From an uncultured Candidatus Saccharibacteria bacterium (lineage in GTDB: Bacteria; Patescibacteriota; Minisyncoccia; UBA6257; WO2-44-18), in contig CAYGEK010000001.1 in NCBI GenBank assembly GCA_964348885.1, positions 10,255-74,254 of the forward strand: a DNA stretch of 64,000 bases, read 5' to 3'. The notes below the pieces were generated by a model that saw only the letters and a program-made list of their open reading frames with translations, was not told the DNA's origin and did no database searches. Below, piece by piece: positions 1 through 8,004 of the stretch (the first letter of the stretch is position 1; the number at the start of each line of letters is the position of its first letter). A program made the translations under genes and the position numbers.

Positions 1-511
1 CTGGCAGCCCAAGCTCGTGTAGAGGTAAATAATTAAAATGATAGTGGCACCCAGCCGATATGATGTAATCCAGCATGTCCTTATATTTTGGCTTCTTAAA
101 CCAGTTACTCAAGAGATAAATATACTCAACCTCAACATTAAGCGACGCCACTAATTTTTGATACTGCTTCTTTTTGAAGTCACAGGTCTGTAGCTTTTCG
201 TCAACTGACCCTTCTGTCTTCTGAAACTTCATTTCTATAATAAAAAGGGTGTTATTTACAATTACATACAAGGCTTCATCTGGAACTAGCCTCTTAGATA
301 AGTGGCTCTCCCAGTCAATCCCCTTACTTTTAAGGTAACGATAAAGATCGTATTTCTTATAGCTTTGCGCCACCTCTTTCTTCATGTAAAAAATTACGTT
401 TCCCTTAACTGAATAGCCTGGCGTCTTTTTGAGTAAAGAAATGACATCCTTTGCTTTTTCGAATTTTAATCCTGTGAGCGTGTTGGCTCCGCCAAACCCT
501 TTATTTATCAT
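1..511 (-). CDS. Type II restriction endonuclease, PD-(D/E)XK fold, 3' part runs off window edge
   Basis: Manual translation of the minus strand from ATG at 511..509 gives MINKGFGGANTLTGLKFEKAKD...VPDEALYVIVNNTLFIIEMKFQK... with a PD-x13-E-M-K catalytic signature. It sits 17 nt downstream of the MTase in the same orientation. Not in the ORF track because it is truncated by the window edge. Confidence 0.55.
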   Translation of the reverse strand, partial: MINKGFGGANTLTGLKFEKAKDVISLLKKTPGYSVKGNVIFYMKKEVAQSYKKYDLYRYLKSKGIDWESHLSKRLVPDEALYVIVNNTLFIIEMKFQKTEGSVDEKLQTCDFKKKQYQKLVASLNVEVEYIYLLSNWFKKPKYKDMLDYIISAGCHYHFNYLPLHELGLP

Positions 512-527
512 AATTGGTCTTTAATTA

Positions 528-1352
528 TTAATTGTTAAGACTTTTTTGCAAATTCTCAAATCGCCGGATTGAGAGATCTAGGGATATTTTATCGCTATCA
601 ATGCCAATAAACCTTCTTCCATTTACATAAGCTGCTATCCCGGTCGTAGAACTGCCAGTGAATGGATCTAGTACGAGGTCGCCTTTATTAGTGCTTGCCA
701 AAACAATTCTATTCAATAAAGCGAGTGGCTTTTGAGTTGGATGTTTGCCGACGGTTTTCTCTGAAGGTTTCGGCGTGCCGATAGACCACACGGAGCGCAT
801 TTGCTTGCCTGGCTTTTTAAAAACATCTTCTGGCCATTCACCCAATTTCATAAGTTTATAATTAAAAATATGCTTAGCTTTTTCTTCCTTTCTCGCCCAA
901 ATTAATGTCTCGTGGCTTGCAGTAAAGTACCGGCCACTCAAATTAGGCGAAGCGTTTGGCTTAAACCAAGCAACGTCATTTAAAATTTTATAGCCTGCTA
1001 ATTGCAACGAATATCCACACTGATAAATGGAATGATAGGTGCCACTTATCCAAATTGTGGCGCTAGATTTAAGCGCCTCTCGACAGGCTTTAATCCAATT
1101 TTGATGAAAATTAAAATCATTAAATAGACCCTTGCTCTTATCCCAGTCCCCTTTATTAACGCTCACTCTTTTGCCAGCATGCAAAGAGAAGCCATTATTT
1201 GATAAGAGGTAAGGAGGATCGGCAAAAATCATATCTACGGAGTTCTTTGGAAAATCTTTCAGAAATTCAAAACAGTCTGCGAGGTAAAGCTTGAATGCAC
1301 CGTCCTGGCTTTCGTAGTAAGGCTTCATTTGGGCGTTCAATGGATCGATCAA
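528..1352 (-). CDS. DNA methyltransferase (beta-class N6-adenine/N4-cytosine MTase; motif IV DPPY precedes motif I FTGSSTTG)
   Basis: 274-aa ORF containing DPPY and FxGSGTT-like FTGSSTTG motifs in beta-class order. Typical M-R operon arrangement with the downstream REase. Confidence 0.9.
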   Translation of the reverse strand: MIDPLNAQMKPYYESQDGAFKLYLADCFEFLKDFPKNSVDMIFADPPYLLSNNGFSLHAGKRVSVNKGDWDKSKGLFNDFNFHQNWIKACREALKSSATIWISGTYHSIYQCGYSLQLAGYKILNDVAWFKPNASPNLSGRYFTASHETLIWARKEEKAKHIFNYKLMKLGEWPEDVFKKPGKQMRSVWSIGTPKPSEKTVGKHPTQKPLALLNRIVLASTNKGDLVLDPFTGSSTTGIAAYVNGRRFIGIDSDKISLDLSIRRFENLQKSLNN

Positions 1353-1423
1353 TTATTGATCAGATATGAATACCGATCAATAAGAACGATTCCATCCACC
1401 ACCGTAAGTACCGTCGCCCAGTA

Positions 1424-2611
1424 TTATTCCCCTTCGTAGACTTTTTTGAGCTCAGCCAGATCAAATTTTTTCATCTTGAGAAACGCCTGGGTAACACGGC
1501 CGATCTGATCAGGCGTGCCTTTGGCCATCATCTCATCCATAGCATCCGGCACGATCTGCCAGGAGACGCCGTATTTATCCTTCAGCCAGCCGCACTGCCC
1601 TGCCTGCCGCGTCCGGCCGGCCTTCCATTCACGCTTGAGCCACTTTCGGCCAAACCCAGTTTTCAATTTTTGCTCTCGATCAACCGCGGCTTGTCGAGTT
1701 GGAAACTCTTCATAATGTATAACTTGGGTCGGCTTAAAATTTTTCGTATACTCTGCCCCAGCGCCAGACTCATGCTCTCGCCAACGCTTTTTAATGTCTT
1801 GGGTTTGGCCGATGTACATAGAGCCGTCACCACAAAGAAGCACATAAACATAAAAAGTGTCCGGCCGCGGCGCAGGCAGGTCCGATTCCGGAACCGCGGA
1901 AAGCTTTTCCCAGTAGTAATCAATCTCCTGCTGGTCTTTGCAGTGGACCATCAGCGAAACTCCTTCGTTGAACGCGAATGCGTGCGGCTGGGCGCTTTCC
2001 ATGGCCGCAAACCACTGATTTCCAAGCATGAAGTCGGCGAACATGACATTCCCTTCCTTATCCGGCTCCATCCCTTTCGGATAGCGGGCAGTGGTGCCAC
2101 GTTTTGAATTTTTAAAAACTGATACCCAAAAATCAATCGCTTCGTCCGCCTTCCCGACCCCGGCCTTGGTAAATAAAAGCGACGGGACGATCATCGGGCG
2201 AGGCTCGCCTTTCGGATTGGTCAGAATAAGTTGCCAGGAAACGCCGTATTTATCCTGAATCCAGCCGTACCACTCGCTGAAAGGATACTTCTGAAGCGGC
2301 ATCAACGCCTGCCCTCCCGGGGAAAGCTTGGTCCACAGCTCATCAAGATGCGCTTTGGCATCCTTATCTTGTGACGGATCAAAATTCACGAAGAAAGAAA
2401 TGGACGGATTAATTTTGAAATACGGGCCCGCGCTGATCAGGGTGAAGTCGTGATCCTCAATCGTCATGTCCACCACATCCACCGAGCCTGACGGCGTATT
2501 ATTAAGGACGTATTTACCGTTTATCTTCGCGTTCCGGAATGCCGACACATAAAACTCCGCCGCCTCCCCCGCCTGCGTATCAAACCATAAATGAGTGGTG
2601 ATCTTATTCAT
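1424..2611 (-). CDS. Tandem PhnB-like / 3-demethylubiquinone-9 3-methyltransferase-like (VOC fold) protein with an in-frame GIY-YIG nuclease domain inserted in the second repeat
   Basis: Two repeats end in ...WYGWIQDKYGVSWQLIL and ...CGWLKDKYGVSWQIVP. Between YYWEKLSAVPES and QCGW lies a roughly 96-aa insert FYVYVLLCGDGSMYIGQTQDIKKRWREHESGAGA...KLKTGFGRKWLKREW matching the GIY-YIG (UPF0213/YhbQ-like) pattern. Start moved to MNKITTH (ATG 2611) because the upstream part overlaps the neighbouring gene. Confidence 0.75.
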   Translation of the reverse strand: MNKITTHLWFDTQAGEAAEFYVSAFRNAKINGKYVLNNTPSGSVDVVDMTIEDHDFTLISAGPYFKINPSISFFVNFDPSQDKDAKAHLDELWTKLSPGGQALMPLQKYPFSEWYGWIQDKYGVSWQLILTNPKGEPRPMIVPSLLFTKAGVGKADEAIDFWVSVFKNSKRGTTARYPKGMEPDKEGNVMFADFMLGNQWFAAMESAQPHAFAFNEGVSLMVHCKDQQEIDYYWEKLSAVPESDLPAPRPDTFYVYVLLCGDGSMYIGQTQDIKKRWREHESGAGAEYTKNFKPTQVIHYEEFPTRQAAVDREQKLKTGFGRKWLKREWKAGRTRQAGQCGWLKDKYGVSWQIVPDAMDEMMAKGTPDQIGRVTQAFLKMKKFDLAELKKVYEGE

Positions 2612-2627
2612 ATATTTAAATTGTAGC

Positions 2628-4415
2628 CTAAAACCCGATTGCTGAAGCTTTTTGGAGAAGCTGTATACGGGCGCGGGTGATTGGGCCGAAATATCCGGCG
2701 ACGGGCGCGATACTCTGCGACGCCTGGAAGCGCGATAAAGCGGCCTTGGTGAGCGGGCCAAAGTACCCGGTTATTAATGCTTCCGGATAATGCCCCTCGT
2801 CAATCAGAAATTCCTGAAGGTTTTTTACATCATCTCCCCTCAAGCCGCGATATAGATCTCGCGCAAAAGCGACCTCGGCCCGATTAGAGGCTTCCGGCGT
2901 GGCATCAAAAATAACCTGATCGTCTCCGGATTTTGGAGTTGCGGTCATTCTGACAATTTGAGAAAAACGGCCATAGTCATCATAAGCAAAGATGCCGTAG
3001 TGATACTTGGTACCGTTCGCCAAATTAGTATCAGTAAAGGATTTACCGTTACCGTCAAAAACCACCTCGCCGTCATTTATATTCATGGTCGCGGAGCCGA
3101 GCTTGCGGATGATCCTCACCTGAATACCGGGCTTGTCGCTAAAATCTCTCAGCCAGAAAAAGGCCACCTGCGAGTCCAACGCTTCGGTTTTGAAAATAAG
3201 AGGACGGGTCGGCGACGTCGGTAAAGTAGAGGGAGCGCCCGAAACGACAACCGGTAGCTGTTTTATTACAATCGGCTTGGGAACCGGAGCCGGGGCGGGC
3301 GCCGGAATTGGAGCTGAAGCCGAGGCGGTGGTGGTAAATTGATAATTTTTGGATACGGCGGTGCTACCCGATCCGTCACGCGCGGAGACCCGGAAATTAT
3401 ACAAACGTCCGGCGGAAAGTCCGCTAAGAGTGGCAGAGTGATCCTTACGCGAGGTATCGTCACGCCAGACAGTGCCGTAAGCGGTGGTCAAGCCATATTC
3501 TATTTTGGATTTTACGGCGATATTGGTGGTCCAGACGATAACCGCTCCGGACTCGGTGACCGATTGAACTTTGACACCGGAGATAACCGGCAAAACTTCT
3601 TCAGGCGCCGGTTCGGGTTCCGGGGTGGGTTCGGCGGGTGTTGGTTCAGGTTCAGGCTTTGGCTCAGGCTGGGATGCCGGCTCCGGCTCTAGAGTGGAAA
3701 AGTTTTTTTGCAAAGTGGTCGTCATGTTGCCGGCCTCGTCCTCGGCGATAATGCGGTAGTAATAGGTCGTATCCGAATTCAGACCGGAGACAAGGAAGGA
3801 TTGCGAGTCGGAATATTCCGAACTGACGGGAGTGGTAAAGCCGTAAGCGGAGGTTGGTCCGTATTCGATATAGGATTGCACCAATTCATCGGCGGAAAAA
3901 CTTATGGTAGCCGCGGAAAGAGTGATATCAGAAACAGTAATCTCGGAAATAGCGGGCGGATCCTCATCGGCCAGGACTGGCTCGGAGGCAGTCGTAGCCG
4001 TGTAATCCGGAGAATAGCCGGCGTTACCCGCTTCATCCGTCACAATGATGCGGAAGTGAAGCGTGGTATTCGGGGTCAGACCGGAAATAGTTTTGGTGTG
4101 ACTGGTAGCGAGCGCGGCATCGGAATCCGTAACTGATCCGTACTGGGTGGTTGGGCCATACTCAATCCGACCGCGCGAAGGTTCGTCGGTCGTCCACATA
4201 ATCGTTACGCTGGTCGGCTCCGCCGACACTACCGCCCAGGACACAATCATAGGCGAAGTCGTGTCCGATTCCTGAACAGGGTCCGCGGTCATTTCTTCCG
4301 GAGGCGTGGCGACTCCTCCGTCTACCGGAACCTGAGCCAGTACAAGTGATGCGCCGAATAAAGCCCCAAGGACTGCCAGAATGGCTGCCGAGCGGATCAT
4401 ATTAAGATTTGTCAT
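2628..4415 (-). CDS. Secreted/anchored protein with three fibronectin-III-like repeats, a Pro/Glu-rich linker (PEPEPKPEPEPTPAEPTPEPEPAPEE) and a C-terminal peptidoglycan-binding (PG_binding_1-like) domain
   Basis: N-terminal hydrophobic segment MTNLNMIRSAAILAVLGALFGASLVLAQ. Repeated ~90-aa Thr/Ser-rich beta-rich modules (IEYGPT...YRII/FRVS). C-terminal YFGPLTKAALSRFQ...GYFGPITRARIQ repeats. Start chosen at the first Met preceding the signal-like segment. Confidence 0.7.
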   Translation of the reverse strand: MTNLNMIRSAAILAVLGALFGASLVLAQVPVDGGVATPPEEMTADPVQESDTTSPMIVSWAVVSAEPTSVTIMWTTDEPSRGRIEYGPTTQYGSVTDSDAALATSHTKTISGLTPNTTLHFRIIVTDEAGNAGYSPDYTATTASEPVLADEDPPAISEITVSDITLSAATISFSADELVQSYIEYGPTSAYGFTTPVSSEYSDSQSFLVSGLNSDTTYYYRIIAEDEAGNMTTTLQKNFSTLEPEPASQPEPKPEPEPTPAEPTPEPEPAPEEVLPVISGVKVQSVTESGAVIVWTTNIAVKSKIEYGLTTAYGTVWRDDTSRKDHSATLSGLSAGRLYNFRVSARDGSGSTAVSKNYQFTTTASASAPIPAPAPAPVPKPIVIKQLPVVVSGAPSTLPTSPTRPLIFKTEALDSQVAFFWLRDFSDKPGIQVRIIRKLGSATMNINDGEVVFDGNGKSFTDTNLANGTKYHYGIFAYDDYGRFSQIVRMTATPKSGDDQVIFDATPEASNRAEVAFARDLYRGLRGDDVKNLQEFLIDEGHYPEALITGYFGPLTKAALSRFQASQSIAPVAGYFGPITRARIQLLQKASAIGF

Positions 4416-4668
4416 CCTCAGATTTCTCAACTGAGAAAAGAACCAGACTGATGATGATAGTGATCGCGAGCGCGTAGACGACCTTAGCGATGATCGTACT
4501 CGCGTTATCGGGTAAAAAGTGATCGATGACGGCTTTAATTGCATCATTCCAGGCCAAACCTGCTACCAAGCCTAGGCCGGCGGCAAGATACCCGAAAATC
4601 CGTTTTTTGAGCGATTTACCAACCTTTCGCGCAGCCTCTACCTTCTCGTTATCGGGATTAGTAAACAT
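4402..4668 (-). CDS. Small membrane protein (hypothetical)
   Basis: ORF with one or two predicted TM segments (IFGYLAAGLGLVAGLAW; VVYALAITIIISLVLF). Overlaps the downstream gene by 14 nt. Start chosen at an internal Met to avoid an N-terminal low-complexity extension. Confidence 0.45.
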   Translation of the reverse strand: MFTNPDNEKVEAARKVGKSLKKRIFGYLAAGLGLVAGLAWNDAIKAVIDHFLPDNASTIIAKVVYALAITIIISLVLFSVEKSEDDKS

Positions 4669-4728
4669 TCCCCTCAGTATACACTTACAGCCGCTCCCCG
4701 CCCAGAAGTAAGGTGTGCCCACTCACTT

Positions 4729-5265
4729 CTATTTCAGCAACTCGGCAAACTCTTTTTTTACCTTTTCCAACTTCGGATTGATCACCACTTCGCAGTAGGG
4801 ATTGCCGGGATTTTTGGCGAAATAATCTTTGTGATACTCCTCCGCTTCCCAAAACTTATCCAGCGGTTGAACTTCCGTCACAATCGGCGCGCCTGCCTTG
4901 CTTGAGGCGTTCAATGCCGAGATAAAATCCCCCGCTTCTTTCTGCTGCTCCGGCGTGGTGTAAAAAATCACCGAGCGATACTGCGAGCCCACATCGGCAC
5001 CCTGACGATTTTTGGTGGTCGGGTCGTGCGAGCCGAAGAAGATTGTGAGCAGTGTTCGATATTCCACAAACGCCGGGTCGTATTCAACACGCACTACTTC
5101 CGCGTGGCCCGTGCCGCCGCCACAAACCTCTTCATAGGTTGGATTTGGCTTTGTGCCGCCCGCATAACCCGGTAATACCGAACTGATGCCTTTGAGCATT
5201 CTAAAAACCGCCTCCGTGCACCAGAAGCATCCCCCGCCGAATACTGCTACTTCATTCTTAATCAT
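4729..5265 (-). CDS. msrA: Peptide methionine sulfoxide reductase MsrA
   Basis: 178 aa; GGGCFWC active-site motif and overall MsrA pattern (FWEAEEYHKDYF). Confidence 0.92.
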   Translation of the reverse strand: MIKNEVAVFGGGCFWCTEAVFRMLKGISSVLPGYAGGTKPNPTYEEVCGGGTGHAEVVRVEYDPAFVEYRTLLTIFFGSHDPTTKNRQGADVGSQYRSVIFYTTPEQQKEAGDFISALNASSKAGAPIVTEVQPLDKFWEAEEYHKDYFAKNPGNPYCEVVINPKLEKVKKEFAELLK

Positions 5266-5314
5266 AAAAATAGTTTAGCAGATTCTTACCCCTAACCGTC
5301 CCCACTCTTATGCC

Positions 5315-5366
5315 GTTAGGTTCTTTATTCCAATATTCTCAAGAATATTGGAATAAAGAACCTAAC
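5315..5366. promoter_or_regulatory. Perfect 52-bp palindrome (25-nt arms, 2-nt centre) in the divergent msrA/ArsR intergenic region; probable operator
   Basis: gttaggttctttattccaatattct-ca-agaatattggaataaagaacctaac; every arm position was checked for complementarity. A half-site copy gagaatattggaata recurs at 5647..5663 inside the 3' end of the regulator gene. Confidence 0.6.
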
Positions 5367-5385
5367 TCATGATATAATTGCGGAC

Positions 5386-5664
5386 ATGCTAAAAGATAAA
5401 AATTATCACTACGCAGAACGAATAGTTCGAGGCTTTTCCAATCACCGACGTATAGAAATACTAGATATCCTTAGTCACTTTCCGGAACTTTCGGTTGCTC
5501 AGATAGCCGAAAGGACAAAAACAAATTTCAAGACTGCCTCCGAACATATTCGTCGTTTAGCCATTGCCGGTCTCGTAATGAAAAGATCTGACGGAGTAAG
5601 TGTACGCCACAAACTAACTCCTCGCGGAGAATCTATTCTCAAATTCTTGAGAATATTGGAATAG
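5386..5664 (+). CDS. ArsR/SmtB-family winged-helix transcriptional regulator
   Basis: 92 aa; helix-turn-helix segment LSVAQIAERTKTNFKTASEHIRRLAIAGLV typical of the ArsR family. Divergent from msrA with the palindromic operator between them. Confidence 0.7.
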   Translation: MLKDKNYHYAERIVRGFSNHRRIEILDILSHFPELSVAQIAERTKTNFKTASEHIRRLAIAGLVMKRSDGVSVRHKLTPRGESILKFLRILE

Positions 5665-5689
5665 ACTGAAATGCGCTAGACTAATGATA

Positions 5690-5869
5690 TGAACCTCGGC
5701 TTACCGAAAGAAAATCTTTTTGGACCGATGCTAAGAAATCTCGGCGTGCAGGCGCGGGAATTCGGCGCGCTGATTATTGAATACCGGTATCACATCGGTA
5801 TCGGCCTAGCTATTCTGCTCGTAATTCTTTTTATCGCCTACCGAAGAAGCCACTCCAGTTATTGAGCCG
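5690..5869 (+). CDS. Possible 59-aa small membrane protein (below ORF-track cutoff)
   Basis: Manual translation MNLGLPKENLFGPMLRNLGVQAREFGALIIEYRYHIGIGLAILLVILFIAYRRSHSSY; one TM segment. No strong RBS identified; overlaps the 3' end of the convergent dehydrogenase gene by about 10 nt. Confidence 0.25.
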
Positions 5870-6998
5870 GAACTTTCGTGTGCACCCGATAGATCGCGCC
5901 CGCGTGGTCGTCGGTCACAAACATCTCTCCGCCCGGACGTACCAGGATGTCCACCGGCCGGCCGAGGATCTTGCCGTCATTCATAAACCCGGTCATAAAA
6001 TCCTCCGTGCCGAGGTAGTTTCCCTTAGCGTCAATTTTTAACCGCACTATCTTATAGCCAACCGGCACAGAGCTGTTCCAGGAGCCGTGCTGAGCGACCA
6101 ACAGATTATGCCAATATTCTTCCGGCCAGCCTTCTTCCGGAATAAAAGCCAATCCGAGCGGGGCGGAATGCGCCTGCAAATCTATAAAGGAAGGAGTTTC
6201 AAACGGCGCCATGCAGGGGTTCCGGAAATAAGTATTCTTATCAAATTCGGTGTCATGAATATTTTTACCGAAGCAGGTCGGCCAGCCGTAGTTCTTGCCA
6301 CGCTCAATGATGTTCACTTCGTCCGGCGGCAGATCGTCACCCAGCCAGTCCCGGCCCATCTCGGTGGCGAACATTCTGCCTTGCACATAATCCCAGGCGA
6401 AAAACACGGAGTTACGCAGACCGCGCGCTACCTCCTGAAAATCACTGCCGTCTTTCTTCATAGAAAAGATCTTGGCGCGCATCGGATCCTCTTCGTGGCA
6501 GACGTCACAGGATGAGCCGATGGACACGTAAAGCCGGTCATCCGGACCGAAGCCGATGGTGCGGGTAAAATGCCGTCCGCCGTCCGGTAATTTTGCCACC
6601 GTCTCCATCTCGCCCTCGGAATAAAGCGGCACGCGGGAGATCTTATCGGATTCCGCCACGTAAAGCATGGTGGCCATCTGCGGATCCAGCGCCAATCCGT
6701 GCGGCTTATTCAGATTCTTAAAAATATCTATCTTGTTGGCCACTCTGCCGTTTTCCATCTCCAACATCGTCACCACGCCCTTGCTGGTGCGGCTGACCAG
6801 AAAATTACCCAGTCCGTCCTGCGCCATTACGCGCGCGCCCGGCAGGCCGTCCGCGAAAAGCTCTACTTCAAAAAAATCTGGCGCGGTCAGTCGCGCGACC
6901 GGCGAGTTCGTACCCATGTCCGGGCCGGGCCAAAAAGCGACAAAAGCTATCACCGACACGGTCACCGCCGCGATTATCAGATTGGAGATTAATTTCAT
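5859..6998 (-). CDS. PQQ-dependent sugar dehydrogenase-like (soluble aldose sugar dehydrogenase / sorbosone dehydrogenase family) with N-terminal membrane anchor
   Basis: 379 aa; beta-propeller SGDH-family features (KPHGLALDP, GPDDRLYVSIGS, NYGWP). N-terminal hydrophobic helix. Confidence 0.75.
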   Translation of the reverse strand: MKLISNLIIAAVTVSVIAFVAFWPGPDMGTNSPVARLTAPDFFEVELFADGLPGARVMAQDGLGNFLVSRTSKGVVTMLEMENGRVANKIDIFKNLNKPHGLALDPQMATMLYVAESDKISRVPLYSEGEMETVAKLPDGGRHFTRTIGFGPDDRLYVSIGSSCDVCHEEDPMRAKIFSMKKDGSDFQEVARGLRNSVFFAWDYVQGRMFATEMGRDWLGDDLPPDEVNIIERGKNYGWPTCFGKNIHDTEFDKNTYFRNPCMAPFETPSFIDLQAHSAPLGLAFIPEEGWPEEYWHNLLVAQHGSWNSSVPVGYKIVRLKIDAKGNYLGTEDFMTGFMNDGKILGRPVDILVRPGGEMFVTDDHAGAIYRVHTKVPAQ

Positions 6999-7046
6999 AG
7001 TTTAATATTAACATGTGAAGCGCGGTTGTTCTGCTATAATAGAAAG

Positions 7047-7463
7047 ATGATCACAATAAATTTCTTGGCGGTCGCGGTTGCCGCCCTGGGCTCCATCGTA
7101 TTGGGCTCACTCTGGTACGGACCACTGTTCGGTAAAAAATGGATCAGTCTGATGGGTTGGAACTCCATGACCCCGGAGCAGATGGCGGAGGGAAAGAAAA
7201 CAATGATGCGGAGCTATATCGGGACCTTCATCAGCTCCTTCGTGATGGCTTATGTGATGAGTTACGTGGTCGCCGCCTTCGGTTCAATGGACGCGGTTGC
7301 CGGGGCTTTCAGCGGTTTCTGGATCTGGCTGGGCTTCGTCGGCACAATCTCTCTGGGCAACGTACTCTGGGACGGAAAGCCGATGGGCTTGTGGCTCCTG
7401 AATAACGGCTACAATCTGCTTAATCTTTGCTATATGGGGGCTTTACTGGCGGTCTGGCGCTAA
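7047..7463 (+). CDS. DUF1761-like integral membrane protein
   Basis: Four predicted TM helices; LWYGPLFGKKW motif characteristic of the DUF1761 family. Start moved to MITINF. Confidence 0.55.
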   Translation: MITINFLAVAVAALGSIVLGSLWYGPLFGKKWISLMGWNSMTPEQMAEGKKTMMRSYIGTFISSFVMAYVMSYVVAAFGSMDAVAGAFSGFWIWLGFVGTISLGNVLWDGKPMGLWLLNNGYNLLNLCYMGALLAVWR

Positions 7464-7477
7464 GAGACCGAGAACTA

Positions 7478-7510
7478 ACCAAAAAGAGCCTAAAAAGGCT
7501 CTTTTTGGTT
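7478..7510. terminator. Bidirectional rho-independent terminator
   Basis: aaccaaaaagagcc-taaaaa-ggctctttttggtt perfect hairpin with flanking A/T runs. Confidence 0.75.
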
Positions 7511-7579
7511 AACCTGATTAAGGCCGCTGGTCCCTATTGACCCCCGCCCACTAGGATTATTTTGGTCAGTGGGTGGGTG

Positions 7580-7608
7580 TTGACAAATAGGAGGTAATAT
7601 GATATATT
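7580..7608 (+). promoter_or_regulatory. Near-consensus sigma-70 promoter (TTGACA-N17-TATATT with TGn extension) preceded by a hairpin at 7543..7577
   Basis: ttgaca aataggaggtaatatga tatatt. Drives the GC3-rich ORF at 7652. Confidence 0.5.
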
Positions 7609-7651
7609 TTCACTCTGTACTTTTAGGTTGGTTTTTTTGAAAGGGGCTTGT

Positions 7652-7963
7652 ATGGTCGCCTTCCTCATGGTGGAAATCAGCTGGTTCCGCAACGGGATCA
7701 AGGAGGGGTTCTCTCTGCTGGTCGGGGACTTCCCCTACAAGACGGGAGCGGCGGTCTGGATCACCAGCCTGGAGCAGGGCTTCCAGCAGCTGAACGAGCG
7801 GCTCGGGCTCACCGACTCGGAGGAGCGCATCCGGTTCAAGGTGGATCCGCTCAAGGACCTCCTGGAAGCGCACGTGCTCCTCGCGCCGAAGAAGATCGGC
7901 ACCGTGGAGCTCGTGAAGGAGGCGGAGAAGCGCTTCGCCGTCACCGCGGGCGTGCTCATGTAG
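7652..7963 (+). CDS. Hypothetical 103-aa protein encoded by a codon-usage-aberrant, very GC3-rich gene (likely foreign origin)
   Basis: RBS AAGGGG 5 nt upstream of the ATG. Third codon positions are about 95% G/C versus about 65% at first positions, which identifies this frame as coding among the overlapping high-GC ORFs. Local GC is about 64% against about 50% around it. Own promoter and own terminator; no family recognised from the sequence. Confidence 0.55.
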   Translation: MVAFLMVEISWFRNGIKEGFSLLVGDFPYKTGAAVWITSLEQGFQQLNERLGLTDSEERIRFKVDPLKDLLEAHVLLAPKKIGTVELVKEAEKRFAVTAGVLM

Positions 7964-7968
7964 CGACA

Positions 7969-8004
7969 CTCCCCTTCAGTCTAACGACTGGAGGGGAGTT
8001 TTTA
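7969..8004 (+). terminator. Rho-independent terminator after the GC-rich ORF
   Basis: ctcccct-tcagtctaacgact-gaggggag followed by ttttta. Confidence 0.7.

Noticed and set aside
1515-2136. Short ORFs 1515..1715 (+), 1663..1923 (-), 1670..2107 (+) and 1951..2136 (-)
   Set aside because: All lie inside the PhnB-like/GIY-YIG gene, whose frame has clear domain homology; they are alternative-frame artefacts.
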